A stretch of DNA of 64,000 nucleotides, taken from the NCBI GenBank assembly GCA_963810205.1, contig CAWEMP010000014.1, forward strand, positions 49,588 to 113,587. Reading direction: 5' to 3'. The notes under the pieces are model-generated. The model saw only the letters and a program-made list of their open reading frames with translations, had not been told where the DNA came from and ran no database searches. The DNA comes from an uncultured Acidobacteriota bacterium (GTDB taxonomy: Bacteria > Acidobacteriota > Thermoanaerobaculia > UBA5066 > Gp7-AA6). The position numbers and the translations under genes are program-made. Positions 9,319 to 20,399 of this stretch are shown one piece after another (within the stretch, counting starts at the first letter, position 1; each line of letters starts with the position of its first letter).

Positions 9319-11121
9319 GTGAGGATTAGGACTGCCTGCGTTGCCACTCTCTTTACGTTCCTTTCACCAGGGACACAGGCAGCCGCGGCAACAGCTGCAA
9401 CAAAACCGCCAGAGTCGACGGGAGCAACGTCTGTGGGACGCAAGGGCCTAACGGACGAGATGGTGGAAACCCCTCGGGGGGGGCATTCGCTGGATTTGAT
9501 AGTTCGTTTGGTTGGGGAGACTTCAGCAGAGAGCCTCGGCGCCGAGAGCGAGGTATTCGGATCACCGACCGCCCTCCAGGAAGTGAGGCTCACGGTCTCG
9601 AACAGCTCCGCATCGGTTGCAGTATCCGAAACGGTAGGGGTTGACGCCTTTCTCGATGTACCTCAGGGCTACATGTTTCACGACTACATCGAGACGATTT
9701 TCCGCCACGGCATCACCGGCGGTTGTGGGATCGGCATCTACTGCCCAGACAATTTCATCTCGAGAGCCGAAATGGCGGTGTTTCTGCTGAAGGCGAAGTT
9801 CGGCTCGACCCATGTGCCTCCAGGAGCTACCGGTGCGGTGTTCAACGATGTTCACAAAGGAGACTTTGCAGCTGACTGGATCGAGCAGCTCTACAACGAG
9901 GGCATCACGGGAGGTTGCGGCGGAGGAAAGTATTGTCCGAACGATCCGGTAACGCGTGCGCAAATGGCTGTGTTTCTACTCAAGACTCGTAACGGCTTGT
10001 CGTACGCCTCGCCGACCTGCACAGGGCTTTTCGACGACGTCGAATGTCAGCCAGCACCGGCCTTTGCAGTCGATTGGATCGAGCAGCTCTACAACGAGGG
10101 CATCACGGAAGGTTGCGGGACAAGCCCGCTCATCTACTGTCCGGCGAGCCCGGCCACCCGCGGCCAGATGGCGGTCTTTCTCGTGAAAACGTTCAACCTC
10201 CAATCCGCTCTCGCGCCGCTGCCCTCGATCACGTTCTCGATCTCTCCTTACAGCCACAACATGTCGATCGGAGAGTGCGTCTACTCGGGCACGTTCTGCG
10301 TCCATGCTCAGCAGTGGGGGGCCTACGCCGTCGACACGACCAAATCCAACTGGGCCGTGTCGGGCGGGATGGTCTCGCCGGTCACAAGCAAGACCGGGTC
10401 TTCGTTCCAACCACCGGCCCTCACCAAATGCGCGGGTGACTTTCACCAGTCGGTTCAATCCGTGGCGGCGAGCGCCGGGTCTCCCAAGTGGGTGGTTTCG
10501 ACCATCGGCTCGCTGGGGACGCACTACGCCTGCACTCCGGTGGGGAACCCCTTCAAGGTCCAGGTCTATTCGCTGAGCACCGCGACCGGCCTCAAGTACG
10601 TGGGGCAGGCCTTCGTCGACTCGCTCGGCGACGGCGACGTGATCATCGGAGACACGGCCTACATCGAAAAGGGCAACGGAACGTTCGTCCCGGTCGACCT
10701 GAACAGCTGCTTCAACAACGGCCCGACAAACGGGTGCACGGTCGGCCCTGCCGTCAGCTCCATCCCCGCGCACGCTACGCAGGACGACATCGGCGGCTTT
10801 ACTTACAACCTGACCTCCAACCCGGATCAGAGCTTGAACCTCGTGCGCGACGGCAATCCGGCGAATGCGCCTCCCGTCGCGAGCGCGACCATGACGAACC
10901 TGTCCGCGGCGTCCCGCCAGGGCGCCGAGAAGACGAAGAACTACTTCGGCGACGTCTGGCGGATCCAGGACGGCTCCTCGGCCTTCCCGCCCGTGGACGA
11001 CATCAAGTGGGACATCCATCTTCCCAACGGAACGGTGGCGAACTACTTCGCGGATCCGGCATGGAGCGGTCCTCCGGCCGGCCTTTCGGTGACTCGGGGC
11101 CGATTCTCGGGTCTTTGGTGA
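9319..11121 (+). CDS. S-layer homology (SLH) repeat protein, probably chimeric and truncated at both ends
   Basis: Three SLH-like repeats (F.DV..F..IE.....GITGGC...YCP....RA.MAVFL.K) at about 9650-10200, preceded by a PKD-like tail (VRLTVSNSSAS) and followed by a Cys/Ser/Thr-rich extracellular region. The start and the last codons look fortuitous. Confidence 0.6.
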   Translation: MRIRTACVATLFTFLSPGTQAAAATAATKPPESTGATSVGRKGLTDEMVETPRGGHSLDLIVRLVGETSAESLGAESEVFGSPTALQEVRLTVSNSSASVAVSETVGVDAFLDVPQGYMFHDYIETIFRHGITGGCGIGIYCPDNFISRAEMAVFLLKAKFGSTHVPPGATGAVFNDVHKGDFAADWIEQLYNEGITGGCGGGKYCPNDPVTRAQMAVFLLKTRNGLSYASPTCTGLFDDVECQPAPAFAVDWIEQLYNEGITEGCGTSPLIYCPASPATRGQMAVFLVKTFNLQSALAPLPSITFSISPYSHNMSIGECVYSGTFCVHAQQWGAYAVDTTKSNWAVSGGMVSPVTSKTGSSFQPPALTKCAGDFHQSVQSVAASAGSPKWVVSTIGSLGTHYACTPVGNPFKVQVYSLSTATGLKYVGQAFVDSLGDGDVIIGDTAYIEKGNGTFVPVDLNSCFNNGPTNGCTVGPAVSSIPAHATQDDIGGFTYNLTSNPDQSLNLVRDGNPANAPPVASATMTNLSAASRQGAEKTKNYFGDVWRIQDGSSAFPPVDDIKWDIHLPNGTVANYFADPAWSGPPAGLSVTRGRFSGLW

Positions 11122-11362
11122 TCCCTTGTGTCCCTGTTATGCTCGAACCCGTCGGCACCTGGGCCATGGGCTGATCAGGTCTGACCGGCTTCACCGATAT
11201 CTACCCGTTCGGCGATGACGTAGGATCAGCAGACCGTGATGGGCCTATATGACGAGATGTCGGCCGCAGGTGGCACGCACCCCTCCGCCTACACCAAAGA
11301 CGGTATCCAGTGGCTCGACCGCGCCACGATCGCAGAACACGCGGGCCGACGGCGTCGGGTAC

Positions 11363-11630
11363 ACGGAGCCGGGGACCGTGATGGGGACGTCGGCTACAGC
11401 CGCCGGAGCAGGTGCGTGGCAGCGGTGAACATCGGCGGACATCTTCTCGTCGGTGTGATCCTGTACGAGGTGCAGGCGCGTCAGAGGCCGATCAAACGAG
11501 CCACGGCAGCAGACACGATGTCGGCGATCCTCAAGGAAGAGCCGCCGGAGCTTTCGGAGTCGGGGCGCACTTCGCCCGCGCTCAACAACATCGTCAGGCA
11601 CTGCCTCGAGAAGGACCGGGAGAACCGTTC
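11363..11630 (+). pseudogene. Decayed fragment of a Ser/Thr kinase C-lobe
   Basis: Across several frameshifts it reads TEPGTVMGT / GY / PEQVRG / DIFS / GVILYE...ADTMSAILKEEPPELSE...[13 protein letters not shown], paralogous to the kinase at 58783. Confidence 0.8.
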
Positions 11631-11639
11631 CTTCGTCCT

Positions 11640-12527
11640 TTGATCCTCAAAACGCCGGCGGCGCTTTCTGCTGGTCAGGCGTTCGTGTCCGACAACGCGA
11701 TCGGCATCAGTGTCACCGGCACCATTCCGGGCGGGTTCTTGGTTGTCGTGGACGACCGAAATGCTCCGTTCGTCACCGGCCAACTGCTGTCCTACGGGGA
11801 CGCCGGAACTCCCGGTAATGTTTCAAACCCCGTGCTCGTCGGCTTCGGCGGGTGGTTGGACTTCAAGTTTCTCTTCTCCGGTAGGAACCTCGCCGGCGAG
11901 GACCGCATCTACGCTGTGGACCAAAACGGCCAACTGCTGTCCTACGGGGACGCCGGAACTCTCGGTAATGTTTCCAACCCCGTGGTCGTCGGCTTCGGCG
12001 GGTGGTTGGACTTCAAGTTTCTCTTCTCCGGCAGGAACCTCGCCGGTGAGAACCGCATCTACGCTGTGGACCAAAACGGCCAACTGCTGTCCTACGGGGA
12101 CGCCGGAACTCCCGGCAATGTTTCCAACCCCATGGTCGTCGGCTTCGGCGGGTGGTTGGACTTCAAGTTTCTCTTCTCCGGTGGGAACCTCGCCGGTGAG
12201 AACCGCATCTACGCTGTAGACCAAAACGGCCAACTGCTGTCCTACGGGGACGCCGGAACTCCCGGCAATGTTTCAGACCCCATGGTCGTCGGCTTCGGCG
12301 GGTGGCTGGACTTCAAGTTTCTCTTCTCCGGCAGGAACCTCGCCGGTGAGAACCGCATCTACGCTGTGGACCAAAACGGCCAACTGCTGTCCTACGGGGA
12401 CGCCGGAACTCCCGGTAATGTTTCGAACCCCGTGGTCGTCGGCTTCGGCGGGTGGCTGGGCTTCAAGTTTCTCTTCTCCGGTAGGAACCTCGCCGGTGAG
12501 AACCGCATCTACGCTGTGGTTGCCTGA
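11640..12527 (+). CDS. Tachylectin-like five-bladed beta-propeller lectin domain, probably 5'-truncated
   Basis: Five 50-aa repeats, GQLLSYGDAGTPGNVSNPVVVGFGGWLDFKFLFSGRNLAGENRIYAVDQN. The G.GGW..FKFLF...IYAV pattern resembles tachylectin-2 blades. TTG 11640 has no convincing RBS. Confidence 0.75.
   Translation: MILKTPAALSAGQAFVSDNAIGISVTGTIPGGFLVVVDDRNAPFVTGQLLSYGDAGTPGNVSNPVLVGFGGWLDFKFLFSGRNLAGEDRIYAVDQNGQLLSYGDAGTLGNVSNPVVVGFGGWLDFKFLFSGRNLAGENRIYAVDQNGQLLSYGDAGTPGNVSNPMVVGFGGWLDFKFLFSGGNLAGENRIYAVDQNGQLLSYGDAGTPGNVSDPMVVGFGGWLDFKFLFSGRNLAGENRIYAVDQNGQLLSYGDAGTPGNVSNPVVVGFGGWLGFKFLFSGRNLAGENRIYAVVA
11778..12519 (+). repeat. Five near-identical 150-bp coding tandem repeats
   Basis: Units start at 11778, 11928, 12078, 12228 and 12378 and differ by only a few substitutions. 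Confidence 0.97.
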
Positions 12528-12570
12528 CAACGGCTTCCAGCCGACGCCAAAAACCGGCGCGGCTGTACCA
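12522..12570 (+). mobile_element. Degenerate integron attC-like site
   Basis: GCCTGAC (resembles R'' RYYYAAC, overlapping the stop codon), then AACGGCTTC-CAGCCG-A-CGCC-AAAAACC-GGCG-CGGCTG, a hairpin with an extrahelical base. The R' GTTRRRY box is missing. Confidence 0.5.
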
Positions 12571-13023
12571 AGGCCTCAAGGCCTTTTGGTGGGGGGCACT
12601 GCCGCAGCCGCCGCGGCAAGCAGCTGCTGGAGTTCGAGCCGACGTTGCTCTTCTCGTGGCGAGCCCGGCTACCCCTCGGCCAGGTGTAGCCCTTTCGAAT
12701 GAGGCTGAGCAACGTCGCTTGTCGGGACATGCCGAGCCCTGCTGCGAGAGCTCGGGTGAGGAATGCGCGAGTAGCGCGACGATAGCATTTGCGGAGTATG
12801 ACTTACCGGCACCCGTCATGTTGGCCTGGCCAGGTCCGGCCGGGACCGCTTCGAGCCTTCTCAGAATTGTTCTGAATTCTTTCTAGCCTTTCCAGGTCTG
12901 TCTATCGATTTATCAGAAGGAATGGCCGTCTTCTCGGCGTGAGTCCTTCCTCGCTTGCGCCCGAATCACGGCGGGAGTAGCTCGGCAGCTGCCACCTGGG
13001 CTCGGACATCGCGAGGTGAGACG

Positions 13024-15420
13024 ATGCGAATCAAATCTCTGGCCGTTGTCACCATGGCGGTCTTGTCCCTCCGGGCTGGCGCGGGCGAGGGTCCGCCTGC
13101 CGCGCCGGAGAAGCGGCCGGTCGCGGAGCCGTCGGATATCGCCTTCCGCCGGGCGAAGGCTTTTCACGACATTTATGCGGGCGCGGGGGAATCGCGAGAT
13201 TTGGCCGCGGCCACACGAGCCTACAGCGAGTCCCGGAGAGGGCCCGAGGGTCGTGCGCGGATCGGGCGGCCGCTGCCGATCGACTTTCCGAGCCGGCCTC
13301 TCGATGAGCGGCTCAAGGTCTTGACCGAACGCCGGCCCACGCGGACCTTTCCGGGTTCGACCTTCCGCATGATGCGGCCGGCCGCGCATCCGATTGTGGG
13401 TACGAGTTGGCACAACCTCGGCCCGACCAACCTTGCCGGACGCGTCTCGGCTCTCGCGGTCGATCCGACGAACTCCTCGGTGATTTATCGAGGCACGGCG
13501 GGAGGCGGGCTCTGGAAATCGCAAGACAAAGGCATCAACTGGGTTCCCTTGACCGACAGCCTCGGCAACCTCTCGGTCGGCGCGGTCGCCGTCGCCCCCT
13601 CCAAGCCTCAGACCATCTATGTAGGCACCGGCGAAGGCGCCCTGGGCATCGACGGCATCGACGGCATCGGGTTCATCAAGTCCGCCGACGGAGGAGTGAC
13701 GTGGACGGTGCCCGACTCCGTTCTGGCACCCAAATTCTTCGCGTTGAGCGTGCACCCCACGAAGCCCAAGGAGCTGCTGGCGGCGACCTCGAAGGGAATC
13801 CACAAGTCGACCGACGGCGGCGACACCTGGACGCCGAAGTTTCCGCAGTACGCCGCGACTGAGCTCGTGCGCGTGCCAGGATCGCCGTCGACGATCCTGG
13901 CGAGCATGTGGGACATCCGGACGGCGACCTCCACTTGGAACGGGTATCTCTATCGCTCGACGGACGACGGAGAGACCTGGTCGAAGATCGGCGGAGCCGG
14001 GATTCCCCCTTTCGACGACGACACCGGCCGGCTCTCCCTCGCCGTCGCGGGGTCGAGCCCCTCCACGTTCTACGCCCTCGCGGCGTCCGCCTCAGGCGAC
14101 ATCAAGGGATGCGCGGTGGATCACGTAGACCAGGTCGGGTTCTACCGATCGACGGACGGTGGCACCACGTGGACCTTCCGCTCCAATCCGGTCACCGGGG
14201 GCTGCGACGATTCGGGCTTCGATTCGATCCTGGCGGGTCAAGGCTGGTACGCGAACAGCCTGCGCGTCTCGAGAACGAGTCCGACCACCGTTTTCGCGGG
14301 CGGCCTCGACCTCTGGAAGTCCACGGACGGGGCGGCGACTTGGACCAAGAAGTCCCGCTGGGACCTCAGTCCGTCGAGCAGCACCTACGTCCACGCGGAT
14401 ATCCATGCCCTCGTATGGGCCGGACCGCGCCTGCTCATCGGAGACGACGGTGGCATGAGCCGTACGCTGACCAGTGCGGCGAGCTTCGTCGAGATGAACG
14501 AGGGCGTCGTGACGCGTCAGTACTACTCCGTCGCCGTGTCGCCGACGAATCGCGACCTCGTGATGGGCGGCGCGCAGGATAACGGTACGAACATCCGCAA
14601 CGACACCACGACCACCTACCGAGAAGTGATCGGCGGCGATGGGTTCGGGGTCGCCGTGAATTCGTCGAACCCACAGATTCTGTACGGCACGGTGTACAAC
14701 TCACGGGTCTTTCGCTCCCAGGACGGCGGCACCAACTTCGACGAGATCACTCCCAACTTTGGCCAGAGCGAGAATCTTCCCTTCATCAGCCCTCTCACGA
14801 TGGATCCAAACAATCCCTCCGTGCTCTACACAGCGTCGAATTTTCTCTGGAAGACCACGAACGGCGGGTCGACGTGGCAGAAGACCTCCACGACGGATCT
14901 CGGCGACGGGAGCGACCGAGGTTACGTCACGAAGATCGCCGTCGCCAGGTCGAGCTCGAGCCACGTCCTGACGGCCACCGGCTCTGGAACGATCAGCAAG
15001 TCCGTGGATGGCGGCGTGACGTGGGCGAAGCTCGCGGGCCTGCCGGCGCGCTATGCGACGCACGTCGAGTTCGACCCAGCCAATGCGAGCACGTTCTACG
15101 TTTCCTTCACGACCACCGAGATCAGCGGCCGCGTTTTCAAGACGACCGACGACGGCGGATCGTTCGTCGCGATCGACAACGGGCTTCCGCGCTTTCCGGT
15201 TCACGTGGTCCGAGTGGACCCGGGTGATCCGCAGACTCTGTACGCGGGGACGGACGTCGGGCTCTATCGCTCCGCCGACGGCGGGTCGAGCTGGGCGAGG
15301 TTCGGGACTGATCTGCCTGCGGTCAGCATCTGGGACATCGCGATCCTTCCGGACGGGTCGATGATGCGAATCGCGACGCACGGAAGAGGGTTTTTCGAGC
15401 TCGACATTCCGCATCCGTAA
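13024..15420 (+). CDS. Secreted BNR/Asp-box repeat (VPS10 / sialidase-like) beta-propeller protein
   Basis: GAGGTG RBS, ATG 13024, signal peptide; many S.DGG.TW Asp-boxes, W..LGP...GRV, GTGE, HADIH, GGAQDNG, C-terminal ATHGRG. Confidence 0.88.
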   Translation: MRIKSLAVVTMAVLSLRAGAGEGPPAAPEKRPVAEPSDIAFRRAKAFHDIYAGAGESRDLAAATRAYSESRRGPEGRARIGRPLPIDFPSRPLDERLKVLTERRPTRTFPGSTFRMMRPAAHPIVGTSWHNLGPTNLAGRVSALAVDPTNSSVIYRGTAGGGLWKSQDKGINWVPLTDSLGNLSVGAVAVAPSKPQTIYVGTGEGALGIDGIDGIGFIKSADGGVTWTVPDSVLAPKFFALSVHPTKPKELLAATSKGIHKSTDGGDTWTPKFPQYAATELVRVPGSPSTILASMWDIRTATSTWNGYLYRSTDDGETWSKIGGAGIPPFDDDTGRLSLAVAGSSPSTFYALAASASGDIKGCAVDHVDQVGFYRSTDGGTTWTFRSNPVTGGCDDSGFDSILAGQGWYANSLRVSRTSPTTVFAGGLDLWKSTDGAATWTKKSRWDLSPSSSTYVHADIHALVWAGPRLLIGDDGGMSRTLTSAASFVEMNEGVVTRQYYSVAVSPTNRDLVMGGAQDNGTNIRNDTTTTYREVIGGDGFGVAVNSSNPQILYGTVYNSRVFRSQDGGTNFDEITPNFGQSENLPFISPLTMDPNNPSVLYTASNFLWKTTNGGSTWQKTSTTDLGDGSDRGYVTKIAVARSSSSHVLTATGSGTISKSVDGGVTWAKLAGLPARYATHVEFDPANASTFYVSFTTTEISGRVFKTTDDGGSFVAIDNGLPRFPVHVVRVDPGDPQTLYAGTDVGLYRSADGGSSWARFGTDLPAVSIWDIAILPDGSMMRIATHGRGFFELDIPHP

Positions 15421-15453
15421 GGCGCCGGAAACGGCCGTGCGTTCCGCGAGAGA

Positions 15454-15924
15454 TCACATCGGCAGGGGCCAGCACTCGAGAATCGTCCAGGTCGTCGCCG
15501 ACGGTGTCGGCCGCGGCCGCGACTCGCTCGAGGGACGGGTCCCCCCGCGGGGGCAAGGGTTGTCACGGACGACCGCCTTCCAGGTGTTCGACTCGGCGTC
15601 CCGGCGCAGAGTCAGCGTCCACGAACGCTCGGCGGCATCCCGATAGAGAACGGAGAACTCCGAGAGGTCCTTTTCGCGAACGAGCGGTGCGGGAGGAAGC
15701 GTCAGCTGGAGTCCATCGAGCTCGGGGCGGCCCGCTTCCCGCCAGGCCGTGGAATCGGTCAGCTCCGCGAGACGCTTCGGATCGCGAGACGCGAGGGCGG
15801 CGTCAACGAGCTTCAGGAACGTCTCGCGCGATTCGGGGTCTCGAGACGGATCCGGCGACCCGGCAGACGTCGTGAGCCGGGCAGCCTCGAGGAGGATCAG
15901 GGAGAAGACCAAGATCAGCTGCAT
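15454..15924 (-). CDS. Hypothetical exported protein
   Basis: 156 aa with a hydrophobic N-terminus and plausible codon usage; no recognisable domain. Confidence 0.55.
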   Translation of the reverse strand: MQLILVFSLILLEAARLTTSAGSPDPSRDPESRETFLKLVDAALASRDPKRLAELTDSTAWREAGRPELDGLQLTLPPAPLVREKDLSEFSVLYRDAAERSWTLTLRRDAESNTWKAVVRDNPCPRGGTRPSSESRPRPTPSATTWTILECWPLPM

Positions 15925-16066
15925 CCGTCAGGAGAGAACGCGCCATTCATCGGCTGGAATTCCGGCATCGGAAGGCCACGATTGCATTCGGCCGGACTCT
16001 CGCTATGCCTGAGCCAGAAGATCGAGGGCCGCCCAGAGCCGACCTGGTTCGCAATGACGCTCGCAC

Positions 16067-17131
16067 TCATCTCGCCGTAGCCGGGACGCCCGCTCCGCAG
16101 AGATAGACGGGAAACTCCCGGACGCCGTCGAGGCCGATGAGTTCCTCGATCGCGGAATCCTGGAGCGTGTCGCCGACGAAGGAGCCCAGTCCGCGGGACG
16201 TCGCGAGAAGGCAGAAGGTCTGCGCGAGATGGCCGGCCTCCAGCCAAAGGACGCGGTAAGCGGATTCGATCTGATACTTCCAGAGCGTGCGTTCGAAGAC
16301 GGCGGTCATGACGCAGAGGAAGGCGGCCTGGCCGACCCAGCTCTGACCCGAGGCCGCCCGGACGGCGGCGTTTCGCATCGGTCCCGCCCTGAGCCGCCGC
16401 AGCTCGTCTCCCTCGACCTCGTAGTGATAGAGGCCAGGCGCAAGCCCGCGAACGTTCGACACGAGGGCATAGCACTCGATCGGATGGAGCGCTCCGGCCG
16501 AAGGGCTCGTCTTGGTCGTGAGCTTGCCGAGGTATTCGGTGTCGAGCTCGCCGCTCTTGCCCCAGGTCCCCCGCAGGAGAGCGGCGAAGTCCTCGAGGAG
16601 GACGGGCTGCCGGGCAAACTTCCGCGTCGTGCGGCGCGCGCCCAGAATGTCCTCGAAGTGGAACGCGGCGGCCGAACGCGGCCGCCCCTTCGGCAGCGCC
16701 ACGCGGGGCGCCGCGGGATAGCGCTTGAAACGAGGGGGCCGGCGCCGTGTCGCGACGCGCCCCCGCATGTATCGGTCGAGCTCGGCCGGGCGGACCAGGT
16801 AGCGCGGGTCGCGGCAGGCAACGTGGTACTGCGCCGAAGCGAGATTCTGCTTCCAGGTCCGGAGCCGCGACAGCCGCCGCCGCCCCTCTTTTTCCGGGAG
16901 CAACAGGCCGATCGACGCGAGACGGCGGATGCTCCGGAGAATCGAGGTGCGCTGGTATTCGGGAAGCAGGTCGGCCGCCCCGGCGGGGGTGCGGGGCTTG
17001 CCGAACAGATCCAGGAGCGCGACGATCTCCGGCGAAGAAAAAATCTCGCGCTGCCCGGCGAGATCCTTGACGAACAGCCGCCCCTCGTCCCAGCCGACGA
17101 GAATGTCCGGGCTGCGGAGGAGCCGGCTCAA
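16067..17131 (-). CDS. SagB/ThcOx-type FMN-dependent dehydrogenase (nitroreductase fold) with an N-terminal RRE-like extension
   Basis: RRTTRKF, KTSPSAGALHPIECY, GLYHY, KY...AYR...LEAGHLAQTFCL, GLDG. The first ~80 aa look like three beta strands plus helices ending LASIGLL (wHTH/RRE-like). Confidence 0.88.
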   Translation of the reverse strand: MSRLLRSPDILVGWDEGRLFVKDLAGQREIFSSPEIVALLDLFGKPRTPAGAADLLPEYQRTSILRSIRRLASIGLLLPEKEGRRRLSRLRTWKQNLASAQYHVACRDPRYLVRPAELDRYMRGRVATRRRPPRFKRYPAAPRVALPKGRPRSAAAFHFEDILGARRTTRKFARQPVLLEDFAALLRGTWGKSGELDTEYLGKLTTKTSPSAGALHPIECYALVSNVRGLAPGLYHYEVEGDELRRLRAGPMRNAAVRAASGQSWVGQAAFLCVMTAVFERTLWKYQIESAYRVLWLEAGHLAQTFCLLATSRGLGSFVGDTLQDSAIEELIGLDGVREFPVYLCGAGVPATAR

Positions 17132-17143
17132 GTCGAGGCGGGG

Positions 17144-17272
17144 CTACTTACGCTTCGAGCTGAGCGGATCGCGCAGGGGCTTCCCGCCCCTGGGGCCGTC
17201 AACCGCGCACGAGTCCTTCTTCGGGGCATGAACGCGGCCACCGACCGTCAGCTTGAGCTTCATCTTCTTCAT
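17144..17272 (-). CDS. 42-aa small ORF, candidate RiPP precursor peptide (absent from the ORF track)
   Basis: GAGGAGG RBS, then ATG 17272: MKKMKLKLTVGGRVHAPKKDSCAVDGPRGGKPLRDPLSSKRK, TAG at 17146-17144, 12 nt before the SagB-like TTG start. Confidence 0.72.
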   Translation of the reverse strand: MKKMKLKLTVGGRVHAPKKDSCAVDGPRGGKPLRDPLSSKRK

Positions 17273-17298
17273 GGAACCTCCTCGATACCGTTCGGAAA

Positions 17299-19914
<2,616 letters not shown>

Positions 19915-20399
19915 GGGCCGGCGGGACTCGACCGATCCGGTTGTCATGGAAACTGCGAGACCTTATCGCACCGCGGTTCCGGAGCTGTCAGACCGAGCCC
20001 CCGGCTTCCGGGGAGAGCCGTCAGCCGCTACAGCAAGCGACCCCCAAGGAGTTCGCGCAAAGCTAACTCCTCCCGTGGCGACGATCGATAGATACGTTCG
20101 CATCAATCCTGGCCCAGCTTTCGTCTTCAGCGACCCGGACAAGAAACGGTACCGTCCGCGACGCTCCTCTCTCGCGCCAGGGGCGTAGGTCCCGTCGTGC
20201 CGGCTACGTTCATGAGCGTGAGCGAAGCGCGGGCTCGCGGCTTCGGGACTCCCGCATTCAGTTCTTGCGGATGCTCGGCCCCCCAGGCGCTGAGGGTCTC
20301 GAGTTTTGATAAGCTCGCCCGCCGCGCGACCAGGGCCGCTTCCTTGACGCGGAAGTCTCTCGGCGTGGCTCGATGGACGCGTCGGTCCGGGAGGTTGCA

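Noticed and set aside
12700-12830. Minus-strand MTGAGKS as a P-loop NTPase or helicase gene
   Set aside because: An isolated motif with no recognisable downstream motifs; at most a remnant.
19950-20390. Possible riboswitch or ncRNA in the divergent intergenic region between the two kinases
   Set aside because: There are some hairpins and faint resemblance to cyclic-dinucleotide riboswitch pieces, but I could not match a full consensus. An Rfam/Infernal scan would be needed.
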